Source of the DNA: Myxococcota bacterium
GTDB taxonomy: Bacteria > Myxococcota_A > Polyangia > Polyangiales > Sandaracinaceae
DNA length: 64,000 nt
Direction of reading: 5' to 3'
NCBI GenBank assembly: GCA_036149055.1
Contig: JAYZQJ010000014.1
Location: 64,001 to 128,000 of the forward strand
Positions within the stretch are counted from its first letter, which is position 1. The number at the start of each line of letters is the position of its first letter. The position numbers were made by a program, and so were the translations under genes. The notes beneath the pieces were generated by a model. It was given only the letters and a program-made list of their open reading frames with translations. It ran no database searches and was not told where the DNA came from. This document shows positions 1-8,215 of the stretch, in pieces.

Positions 1-363
1 GACATCCGCGCCTACCGCGAGGCGCAGCTCGAGGGGACCGGGCTCCAGCCGATCTTCCCGCTCTGGGGCCGGGACACCGCGGCGCTCGCCGACGAGATGA
101 TCGCGGGCGGGCTCGAGGCCGTCGTGACCTGCGTGGATCCGAAGCAGCTCGACGCGTCGTTCGCCGGGCGGCGCTGGGACCGGGCGCTGCTCGACGACCT
201 GCCGGAGGGCGTCGATCCCTGCGGCGAGAACGGCGAGCTGCACACCCTGGTCACGGACGGGCCCATGTTCGCGCGTGGGCTCGAGGTGGTGGTCGGCGAG
301 GTGGTGGAGCGCGGCGGCTTCGTCTTCGCCGACGTTCTCCTCGCCGACGCGCGGCCGGGGTGA
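1..363 (+). CDS. DUF71/MJ0570-like ATP pyrophosphatase (diphthine-ammonia ligase family), 5'-truncated by window edge
   Basis: Frame 1 open from base 1: DIRAYREAQLEGTGLQPIFPLWGRDT...VDPCGENGELHTLVTDGPMF; FPLW and DPCGENGE motifs typical of the family. Confidence 0.85.
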   Translation, partial: DIRAYREAQLEGTGLQPIFPLWGRDTAALADEMIAGGLEAVVTCVDPKQLDASFAGRRWDRALLDDLPEGVDPCGENGELHTLVTDGPMFARGLEVVVGEVVERGGFVFADVLLADARPG

Positions 364-400
364 CTGGACAGTCCGGCGTCCGTGCATACGGAGGAGGTTG

Positions 401-1300
401 GTGAGGCTGGTCACCACAGCGACGATCATCGCCCTGGCCGCGGGGGTCGCGACCGCCGGGGTCGCGGCGCCCGCCCAGGCGCAGGCCGAGCCCGAGGGGC
501 CCCGGCTGCGCTGGGACGACGACTGGGCGCGGGGCCACCCGGCGACGTGGGTGGTGATGACGTCCGCCGCCGCCGGCGCGCTGGTGTTCCGCAGCCTCTA
601 CGAGCCGGGCTCGGAGGCGCTGCTCCGCGAGCCGACCGCGCTCGACACCGCGGTGCGCGACCACGTGATGGCGCCCGACGCCGAGGACCGGGAGCGCGCC
701 TCGCGGATCAGCGACGTGCTGCTCACCGGGCTGATCCTCTGGCCCTTCGTGGACTCGCTCCTGGTGGCGGGCGCGGGGGACCAGAACAGCGACGTCGCCT
801 GGCAGCTCTTCACGGTGGCGGTCGAGGCGCTGGCCGCCGACTACGCGCTGAGCTCGATCGTGAAGGTGTTCGTGCACCGCAACCGGCCGCACGCCGAGCG
901 CTGCTCGCTCGAGGACCGCCGCCTCCGCCCGGGCCGCTGCGGCACCGAGGGGCGCACGATGAGCTTCTACAGCGGCCACTCGTCGGCGGCGTTCAACAGC
1001 GCGTTCGTGACCTGCATCACCCACGCGTATCTGCCGATCTACGGCTCGGACGCGGCGGACGCCTTCGCGTGCGGCACCTCGCTGGTGCTCGCCACCACGG
1101 TGGCCGCCCTCCGGGTCATCGCCGACCGCCACCACGCCACCGACGTCATGCTCGGGGCCGTGTCGGGCGCGCTGACCGGGCTGCTGCTCCCTTACCTCCT
1201 GCACTTCGGGTGGGACCCGGTCGAAGGCGAAGCCGACGCCATGACCGCCCCCCTCCGCGGCGCGACGCCGGTGATGTTCTCCGCCGGCGGCACCTTCTGA
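401..1300 (+). CDS. PAP2-family membrane phosphatase
   Basis: Motifs KVFVHRNRP, SFYSGHSS, RVIADRHHATDV; GGAGG RBS before GTG at 401; signal-peptide-like N-terminus. Confidence 0.85.
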   Translation: MRLVTTATIIALAAGVATAGVAAPAQAQAEPEGPRLRWDDDWARGHPATWVVMTSAAAGALVFRSLYEPGSEALLREPTALDTAVRDHVMAPDAEDRERASRISDVLLTGLILWPFVDSLLVAGAGDQNSDVAWQLFTVAVEALAADYALSSIVKVFVHRNRPHAERCSLEDRRLRPGRCGTEGRTMSFYSGHSSAAFNSAFVTCITHAYLPIYGSDAADAFACGTSLVLATTVAALRVIADRHHATDVMLGAVSGALTGLLLPYLLHFGWDPVEGEADAMTAPLRGATPVMFSAGGTF

Positions 1301-1305
1301 GGCGC

Positions 1306-1812
1306 TCAGCCCATCTGGCCGGGCAAGAGCGGGCAGGCGCCGCGGCGCATCATCTCGGCCTCCTCGCGCACCTCCTGCCGGAGGCTCTGCACGCGGTCGG
1401 GCTCGGTGGCCCTCAGCTCGATGCGGCCGCCCCGCCGGAGCTCGTGGTAGCTGACCGCGGCGTCCGGGAAGCCGTCGTAGTGGTAGTGCTGATCGGACGC
1501 GTGCTCGTGGCGGGTGTGCACGTGGTCGTCCTCGCCGTCCGAGTAGGACACCGCGAGGTGGCGCACGGCGGCGCGCATCCGGGGCACGAAGCGGCGGTCG
1601 ATGGTCGTGAAGTCGAGCGCGATGCCGTCCTCGATGCGATCGACGTCGAGGCTCGCGCCCGGGATCTCCATGACGCAGACCTGCGCGGTCTCGGCGTCGG
1701 CCTGGCTCGCGGCGGCCTGGCCGGTGGAGGCCTGGCTCGTGGAGGCCGTCGCCCCGCCGCAGCCCAGCATCAGGCCGCACGCGGCGAGGATGTGTGGGAC
1801 ATGTCGGGCCAT
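1306..1812 (-). CDS. hypothetical lipoprotein with His-rich patch
   Basis: Lipobox LMLGC; HVHTRHEHASDQHYH segment; C-terminal GACP. Confidence 0.65.
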   Translation of the reverse strand: MARHVPHILAACGLMLGCGGATASTSQASTGQAAASQADAETAQVCVMEIPGASLDVDRIEDGIALDFTTIDRRFVPRMRAAVRHLAVSYSDGEDDHVHTRHEHASDQHYHYDGFPDAAVSYHELRRGGRIELRATEPDRVQSLRQEVREEAEMMRRGACPLLPGQMG

Positions 1813-1865
1813 ACCGTGAAGGTAAGCAGCGCCCAGGGGCTATCAAGAGGTAGCCTCCGGGGGTC

Positions 1866-2675
1866 ATGCGCCCGGTCCTGCTGCTGATCTGTGTGCTCCT
1901 CGCGGTGGGGTGCGACGCCATCCGCGAGGCGCAACGCGACGCGCTCTTCCACCCCGAGCGCACGACGCCGAGACCCGAGCTGGCCGACGGCGCGGAGGGG
2001 CTCGAGCGATGGTGGCTCGAGGTCGAGGGCGGCGAGGTCGAGTGCTGGTTCCTCCCGGCGCCGGCGGTCGAGGGGCCGGGCCCGGCGGTGGTCGTCGCCC
2101 ACGGCAACGCCGAGCTGATCGAGGACTGGCTCCCGCGCGTGGCCCCCTACCGCGCGCTCGGGCTGAGCGTGCTGATGCCGGAGTACCGGAGCTACGGGAG
2201 GAGCGGCGGCCGCCCGGGCGAGGCGGCCATCCTCGGCGACTTCGTCCACTTCTACGACCGCATGGTCGACCGCCCGGAGGTCGATCCCACGCGGGTCGTC
2301 TTCCACGGCTACTCCCTGGGCGGCGGCGTGCTCGGCGCGCTCTCGGACCGGCGCCGGGCCCGGGCGCTCATCCTCGAGTCCACCTTCACCAACGTGCCCG
2401 ACGTGGCGAGCCACCACATGGCGCCGATGGGCGCGATCACCGATCGCTTCGACACCCGGGCCGTGCTGTCGCGGGCCTCCACGCCGGTGCTCCTGATGCA
2501 CGGCGTGAACGACGAGGTGATCCCCTTCCGCCACGCGGTCGAGCTCGATCGCGTGGCCTGGGACTCGCGGCTGGTCGCCTTCGAGGCCGGCCATCAGGAC
2601 CTGCCCCGGGGCGACGTCTACTGGCGCACCATCGGCGCCTTCCTCACCGAGACCGGCGTGATCAGTCCACGTTGA
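1866..2675 (+). CDS. alpha/beta hydrolase lipoprotein (BEM46/ABHD-like)
   Basis: HGNAE, EYRSYGRS, nucleophile elbow GYSLG, HGVNDEVIP, GH; lipobox AVGC. Confidence 0.85.
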   Translation: MRPVLLLICVLLAVGCDAIREAQRDALFHPERTTPRPELADGAEGLERWWLEVEGGEVECWFLPAPAVEGPGPAVVVAHGNAELIEDWLPRVAPYRALGLSVLMPEYRSYGRSGGRPGEAAILGDFVHFYDRMVDRPEVDPTRVVFHGYSLGGGVLGALSDRRRARALILESTFTNVPDVASHHMAPMGAITDRFDTRAVLSRASTPVLLMHGVNDEVIPFRHAVELDRVAWDSRLVAFEAGHQDLPRGDVYWRTIGAFLTETGVISPR

Positions 2676-3330
2676 CCGGCACCGTCATGCGGGCGCCGCC
2701 CTGGAAGATCAGCCCGTTGACCTCGATCTGCTGGCCGCCGAAGCGGAGCGTGCCCGCGTAGCGTCCGGGCGTGACCGGCACGTGCTCGCGGCTCGGCTCG
2801 AGCTGGAACTCGGTCGCCTCCTCGCCGGGCCCGGGGTTCTCGCGCGCGACGGTGAGCTGCCAGCGCGCCACCGGCCGGTTGCGGCGGCGGACCTCGATGA
2901 GCACCCGCGAGACCGGGAACTCCACCGTCACCTCGGCGGTCTCGCCCGGCGTGACGGTGGCCATGCCGTCGAGCTCGCGGGTCGGGGTGTCGGCGAGGAC
3001 CGAGGCGTCGGTGACCGACGCCGCGACCCGGTAGCTCCCGGACTCGACCGAGAACATGTCCCCGGGCGCGCCCTCGGCGACCACCTCGCCGGCCTCGTCC
3101 ATCACCCGCACGGTCGCGCTCTCGGCGGCTTGCCCGCCCACGGTCACGTTCACCCGGAGCTGGCCGGGCCCCGTCGGTGGCGGCGGCTCGGGCTCCTCCA
3201 TCGCGGGCTCGGGGTCCGCCTCGACCTCGTCGCCCGTCGTCGCGACCTGATCGTCCATCGGCTCCTCGGCGGGAGCGTCGGATCCTCCGCACGCCCCGAG
3301 CAGGAGCGCGGCCAAGAGCATGGTGCGCAT
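2662..3330 (-). CDS. hypothetical lipoprotein with beta-sandwich-like domains
   Basis: Lipobox LGAC, acidic Pro-rich linker, GGAGG RBS upstream. Confidence 0.75.
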   Translation of the reverse strand: MRTMLLAALLLGACGGSDAPAEEPMDDQVATTGDEVEADPEPAMEEPEPPPPTGPGQLRVNVTVGGQAAESATVRVMDEAGEVVAEGAPGDMFSVESGSYRVAASVTDASVLADTPTRELDGMATVTPGETAEVTVEFPVSRVLIEVRRRNRPVARWQLTVARENPGPGEEATEFQLEPSREHVPVTPGRYAGTLRFGGQQIEVNGLIFQGGARMTVPVNVD

Positions 3331-3361
3331 GTCGTCCTCCCCTTCGTGGGGAGCGAGCCTA

Positions 3362-4777
3362 TCACTCGCGCACGGTCTCGGTCGCGCGTCGCAGCTCCCC
3401 GATGGTGCGGTTGTGTGACGAGGTCTCGACGGCGTCCTGCAGCCCCTCGAGCACCCGGGTGAGCGGCTTCTCCGCGTCCTCCCAGGGCAGGGTCGGGTCG
3501 GCGTTGCGGCCGAGCGCGTCGAGCACCGCGGCCACCCGCAGCGAGTCGGGGTCGGACGCGGGCGCGTACAGGGGATCGTACGGCCCCGAGGTGCGCGTCA
3601 GGAGCCCGTGCTGGACGAGGGAGTCGAGCACCTCCCGCAGCGGCTCGACCGCCACCCCCACGTCGCGGGCCAGCTCCCGGAGCCGCTCGCCCTCCCCCGC
3701 CGTCGCGAGCGCGACCATCGCCCGGAGCGCGACCGCCTGCCGCGCCGCGTGGTCGTCGAGCCGACGCCGGGCGAGCTGCCGCAGCGTCGGCGCGTTCTGG
3801 TGCGCGGCCGCGACCTGAGCTCCGAGCAGCACCCACACCCACGAGAGGTGCAGCCAGAGCATGAAGATGGGGAAGGCGCCGAAGCCGGAGTAGAGCGCGT
3901 TGGTGCGGGCGACCCCGATCTGGAAGCGCACGTGCAAGACCTGGAAGAGGTACCAGCCGAGCCCGCCCACCAGCGCGCCGATCAGCGCGGAGCGGCGGCC
4001 CACGGTGGCGCTCGGCAGCAGCACGTAGAGCGGCAGCATGGCCGCGCAGACGAGGAGCGGCGGCACCGCGAAGGCCACCAGGTCGACCAGGATGGCGGCC
4101 GGGGCGATCGCCTCGAACCAGGCCATCAGCGGCTGGCCGTGGCGGGCCGCGGTCAGGGTCGAGGCGAAGGCGAGCAGGATCGGGGTGACGAAGACCACCA
4201 TCAGGTAGGCGGGGATCCGACGGGTCAGCCGGCGCTTGCCCGGGTAGCCCCAGACCGCGTCGAAGGACTCCTCGGCGCCGAGCACCACCCTCGACGCGGT
4301 CACCAGGAGCACGACGAAGCCGATGACCCCGAGACCGAAGACGTCGGTGTCGCTCACCAGGTCGAGCACCCGGTCGAGGTTCGTCCGGAGGATGTGCACC
4401 CCCTCGGGCACGTCCTCCCCCGGGCCGCCGAGCGCGTCGTGCAGGAACGGGCGCACCGTCTCCTTCACCACGCTCTCGTAGAGCCCGACGCCCTTGGCCA
4501 CCGCGAAGACCAGCGCCGCCAGCGGCACCACCGAGAGCAAGGTGAAGAAGGCGAGCGCCGCCGCCCGCATCTGGAGCCGCTCGCGAAAGAAGGCGTCGAC
4601 GGTGACGAAGCCGAGGCGGACCACGGTGAGCAGCCAGCGCCGCGGCCGCGGCAGGGAGCGCTCGTCGACCTCCCAGAGCGTGCGGTAGATCGAGCGGCGC
4701 AGGCGCGTCAGGCGCTTCTCCGCCCGCTTCACCGTCTGCTCGAACCCGCTGACCGCCCTGGGCACGCCAGGGAGCAT
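3362..4777 (-). CDS. YihY/BrkB-family inner-membrane protein with C-terminal HTH (Rrf2-like)
   Basis: AAALAFFTLLSVVPL and YSGFGAFPIFMLWLHLSWVWVLLGA motifs; C-terminal LRELARDVGVAVEPLREVLDSL helix-turn-helix; start codon uncertain. Confidence 0.85.
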   Translation of the reverse strand: MLPGVPRAVSGFEQTVKRAEKRLTRLRRSIYRTLWEVDERSLPRPRRWLLTVVRLGFVTVDAFFRERLQMRAAALAFFTLLSVVPLAALVFAVAKGVGLYESVVKETVRPFLHDALGGPGEDVPEGVHILRTNLDRVLDLVSDTDVFGLGVIGFVVLLVTASRVVLGAEESFDAVWGYPGKRRLTRRIPAYLMVVFVTPILLAFASTLTAARHGQPLMAWFEAIAPAAILVDLVAFAVPPLLVCAAMLPLYVLLPSATVGRRSALIGALVGGLGWYLFQVLHVRFQIGVARTNALYSGFGAFPIFMLWLHLSWVWVLLGAQVAAAHQNAPTLRQLARRRLDDHAARQAVALRAMVALATAGEGERLRELARDVGVAVEPLREVLDSLVQHGLLTRTSGPYDPLYAPASDPDSLRVAAVLDALGRNADPTLPWEDAEKPLTRVLEGLQDAVETSSHNRTIGELRRATETVRE

Positions 4778-4845
4778 ATGCCATCGGGCTCGATTGACAT
4801 CGAGAACGCCAGGACTTACGCCTCCCGGCTGAGGAGAGCAGAAGC

Positions 4846-5100
4846 ATGGTCGAACCGCAGGTGGTGATGGACAAGATCCGTGAGGGGCTCGGCGAGGTGA
4901 CCCACCTCGAGCTGGAGGACCTGACCGGGACCAAGGACCACTACCGGGCGGTCGTCGTGAGCCCCACGTTCGAAGGCAAGAGCCGGATCGAGCAGCACCA
5001 GGCGGTCTACGCCGCGCTGGGCGAGCTGATGGCCGGGCCGGTGCACGCGCTCTCGCTCGCCACGTACACGCCGGACAAGTGGAACGCCCGGGAAAGCTGA
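4846..5100 (+). CDS. bolA: BolA-family protein
   Basis: DHYRAVVVSPTFEGKSRIEQHQAVYAAL...VHALSL; adjacent to monothiol glutaredoxin. Confidence 0.93.
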   Translation: MVEPQVVMDKIREGLGEVTHLELEDLTGTKDHYRAVVVSPTFEGKSRIEQHQAVYAALGELMAGPVHALSLATYTPDKWNARES

Positions 5101-5108
5101 AGGAAGCC

Positions 5109-5432
5109 ATGGACGAAGCCGTCAAGACCCGCATCCAGTCGATCCTCGACGCGCACTCGGTCGTGCTCTTCATGAAGGGCACCCAGCACTTCCCCCAGTG
5201 CGGCTTCAGCCACCGCGCGGTGGAGATCCTCAAGCGCTGCGGCGCCAAGGAGATGCACACCGTCAACGTGCTCGAGGACCCCGAGATCCGTCAGGGCATC
5301 AAGGACTTCGGCAACTGGCCGACGATCCCGCAGCTCTACCTGAAGGGGAAGCTCGTCGGCGGCTCCGACATCCTCATGGAGATGTTCGAGAGCGGCGAGC
5401 TCCAGCCGATGGTCGAGGACGCGCAGAAGTAG
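5109..5432 (+). CDS. grxD: monothiol glutaredoxin Grx4
   Basis: VLFMKGT, PQCGFS active site, WPTIPQLY, GGSDI. Confidence 0.95.
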   Translation: MDEAVKTRIQSILDAHSVVLFMKGTQHFPQCGFSHRAVEILKRCGAKEMHTVNVLEDPEIRQGIKDFGNWPTIPQLYLKGKLVGGSDILMEMFESGELQPMVEDAQK

Positions 5433-7296
5433 CGCGCTCTCGCAGATCGAAGCGCAAGAGGCGCTGCTCGGACTCGATGCCCTTGAGCGCGGCGGTGAAG
5501 CCGCTGCGCGGCACGTCCTCGAGCAGCGCGGCCACCGCCGGCTCGTCCGCGACGTCCTCGGTCACCACGATCTCGCTGGCCGCCGCCTGGGCTTGAAGCC
5601 GGGCGGCCATGTTCACGGTGGTGCCGAAGAAGTCGAGCCGCTCGTTGGCCCGCACCGCCAGGCACGGCCCGGCGTGCACCCCGATCTTCACGCCGAGCTC
5701 GCCGTCCGGGTGGGCCGCGTCGTGGCGCGCGATCATGTCCACCGCGGCGGCCGCGGCGTCGGCGGCCGACGGGAACGACGCCATCACCGCGTCGCCCATG
5801 GTCTTCACGATCGCGCCGCCGTGGGCCGAGACCGCGCCGCCCATCAGCCGGAAGTGCTCCTCGACGATCGCGAACGCGCGCGCGTCGCCCACCCGCTCGT
5901 AGAGCGCGGTCGACCCGACGAGGTCGCTGAAGAGCAGCGCGAGGTGACCGACCCGCAGGTCCACCCCGGAGGCGGGCGCCTCGGTCGCGAAGAGGTCCAC
6001 GAACTCCGGGAAGCTCGCGACCACCGTGCCGAGCACCGCGTCCGCCGCCCACCCGGCGCGCTCGAGCAGCACCGTCGCGTCCCCCGCGCGCGCGTTCTCG
6101 ACCACCCAGCGGGTGATCCCGTCGCTCGCCTCCCCTTCGGGAGAGAGCGTGATCCCGTCGTCGAGCGTGACCCGGAGCGTGGCCGGCGGGCCGGCGAGCT
6201 CCACGTCGGCGCCGCCCTGGGTCCCGAGGGTGCGGGCGTGCAGCGGCCCCGGCGGCAGCTCGACCGCGCGCTCGATCGTCTCGCCCGGCTTCACCCGGAG
6301 CTGCGCCATCACGTGGGGCAGGAACGCGGGGCTCGAGGCGCAGTAGAGCGCGGTCTCGACCGGCCGCACCGCCGGGTTCGAGGGGAAGACGGCCTCGACG
6401 TGCTGGGCGAAGTCGGTGTCGAAGTGGATCTGGCAGGCGTCGCAGTGGGTCTGCTCGCCGAGGCTGTCGAGGCTCTCGACCACGCTCGCGCCGACCCGGC
6501 AGACGGGGCAGTTGATCTGCCAGCGCAGGTCGGTCAGCCCGCTCACGGTGGCGTGCAGGAAGCCCCGCAGCACGTCGCGTCGATCGAGCCCCCAGTGCCG
6601 CGCGAGCTCGAAGGGGCGCATCTGCTGCACCTCCTCGTCGGGCCGCTCGTCGAGGTGTCGGACCAGCCGCTCGACCACCTCCTCGGGGACCGGCGCGCCG
6701 CGCAGCCGGGCCGCTCGGGTCTTCAGCTGCAGGGCGTCCGGCGGGGTGCGCGCGCCGGTCGCCGTCTCCGAGCGCGCGTCTCCGAGCAGCCGCTTCACCC
6801 GGATCGCGGCCGGCTCGTCCGGGTCGTCGACGCCCTTGTCGCGCCAGCCCTCGAGCACCTCCTCAATCGCGTCGAGGTAGCGGGTGAGCCCCACCTTGAA
6901 CTTCCGGCGCTGCACCGGCCCGAGGAAGAGCGCGAACGCGCCGCCGGCGTCGACGTAGGCGCGCGCGGTGATGCGGGTCGCCCCCTCGTGATCCTCGAGC
7001 TCGGCCTCGAAGCCGCCCTCGAGCGCGGGCCCGGCCCGGAAGTCCCGCTGGCCGCGGATGTACCGCCCCTCGATCCACTCGTAGGGCGGCTCGACCCACT
7101 CCAGCTCGACGCCGAGCTCCTTCGCCTTGGCGACCCGGACGAGCTTGCCGTCGTCCTGCGTCTCCCAGCGGTAGCTCGCCGCCGCCAGCCCGAGCGCGCG
7201 GTCGGAGCGGTTGGTGTCGGAGACGATGCCCCACACCAGATCCCGCGGGGCGTCGAAGACCCGCGTCACCTCGCTCTGAAAGCGCTTCGCCGCCAT
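5374..7296 (-). CDS. class III adenylate/guanylate cyclase with N-terminal SRPBCC-like and central Cys-containing (DUF5939-like) domains
   Basis: LLFSDLVGST, VKTMGDAVMA, KIGVHAG, DFFGTTVNMAARL; CPVC...CDAC; N-terminal FDAPRDLVWGIVSD. Confidence 0.88.
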   Translation of the reverse strand: MAAKRFQSEVTRVFDAPRDLVWGIVSDTNRSDRALGLAAASYRWETQDDGKLVRVAKAKELGVELEWVEPPYEWIEGRYIRGQRDFRAGPALEGGFEAELEDHEGATRITARAYVDAGGAFALFLGPVQRRKFKVGLTRYLDAIEEVLEGWRDKGVDDPDEPAAIRVKRLLGDARSETATGARTPPDALQLKTRAARLRGAPVPEEVVERLVRHLDERPDEEVQQMRPFELARHWGLDRRDVLRGFLHATVSGLTDLRWQINCPVCRVGASVVESLDSLGEQTHCDACQIHFDTDFAQHVEAVFPSNPAVRPVETALYCASSPAFLPHVMAQLRVKPGETIERAVELPPGPLHARTLGTQGGADVELAGPPATLRVTLDDGITLSPEGEASDGITRWVVENARAGDATVLLERAGWAADAVLGTVVASFPEFVDLFATEAPASGVDLRVGHLALLFSDLVGSTALYERVGDARAFAIVEEHFRLMGGAVSAHGGAIVKTMGDAVMASFPSAADAAAAAVDMIARHDAAHPDGELGVKIGVHAGPCLAVRANERLDFFGTTVNMAARLQAQAAASEIVVTEDVADEPAVAALLEDVPRSGFTAALKGIESEQRLLRFDLRERATSARPRPSAGARRSRTSP

Positions 7297-7366
7297 GATG
7301 AACCGCGAAGGGAGCGTAGCACGCGACCTTGAACGGCCCCGCGCGGGCCGCTATCTGGGGGCTCGG

Positions 7367-8206
7367 ATGACGACGACGGCACGATGGGGGTTCTGGATCG
7401 TGGTCGGCGCGGGCCTGCTCGTCCCGCTGGCGAGCTGCGCGCGCGGCGGCAACGACCGGACGGACATGGACAGCGGCGTGACGATCCCGATGGACACCGG
7501 GGTGAGCGACACCGGGGTCACGGCGCCGGTGGACACCGGGGTGACCCGCCCGCCCGACTCCGGGGTGGTCCGCGACACCGGCGTCGACCCGAGCTGCAGC
7601 GAGACCCCGTGCCGGCTGCTCCCGCCGCAGTGCGGCTGCCCCGGCGGGCAGGGCTGCTACATCACCGGCGCGACCACCCGCGAGTGCGGGACGCCGGGCC
7701 CGGAGCGCGAGGGCCAGTCCTGCTCCGGCGTGACCGCCTGTCAGATCGGCCACCTCTGCATCGGCGCCACCGCGTCCTTCTGCGCCCGCTTCTGCAACAG
7801 CGACGCGGACTGTCCCGGCGGCCCGGGCTCGCTCTGCCTCATCGAGCTGAACGACGGCATGGGCGGCACCATCCCGAACGCCACCCTGTGCAGCGTGCAC
7901 TGCACGCCGACCAGCGGCGCCGGGTGCCCGAGCGGCATGGGCTGCGCGGTCTTCGAGGAGTCCGACGGCGCCATGCGCACCTTCACCCAGTGTCGTCCCG
8001 CGGGCAGCGGCACCCGCGGCTCCTCCTGCGTCGACGAGGAGGACTGCGCCGCCGGCTACTTCTGCGGCGACCCCGGCACCGGCAACGAGTGCATCCGCCT
8101 CTGCACGGTCTCGAGCGGCGGCCCCGAGTGCTCCGGCTTCGAGCTCTGCAACAGCTTCACCGACCCGATCACCGTCGGCGGCACGGAGTACGGCTACTGT
8201 CTCTAG
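7367..8206 (+). CDS. Cys-rich lipoprotein
   Basis: Lipobox LASC, D(S/T)GV linker repeats, about 30 Cys. Confidence 0.8.
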   Translation: MTTTARWGFWIVVGAGLLVPLASCARGGNDRTDMDSGVTIPMDTGVSDTGVTAPVDTGVTRPPDSGVVRDTGVDPSCSETPCRLLPPQCGCPGGQGCYITGATTRECGTPGPEREGQSCSGVTACQIGHLCIGATASFCARFCNSDADCPGGPGSLCLIELNDGMGGTIPNATLCSVHCTPTSGAGCPSGMGCAVFEESDGAMRTFTQCRPAGSGTRGSSCVDEEDCAAGYFCGDPGTGNECIRLCTVSSGGPECSGFELCNSFTDPITVGGTEYGYCL

Positions 8207-8215
8207 CTATGGTCT

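Noticed and set aside
4794..4822. Sigma70 promoter for bolA-grxD (perfect TTGACA)
   Set aside because: No convincing -10 hexamer at 16-18 bp spacing; plausible but unsupported
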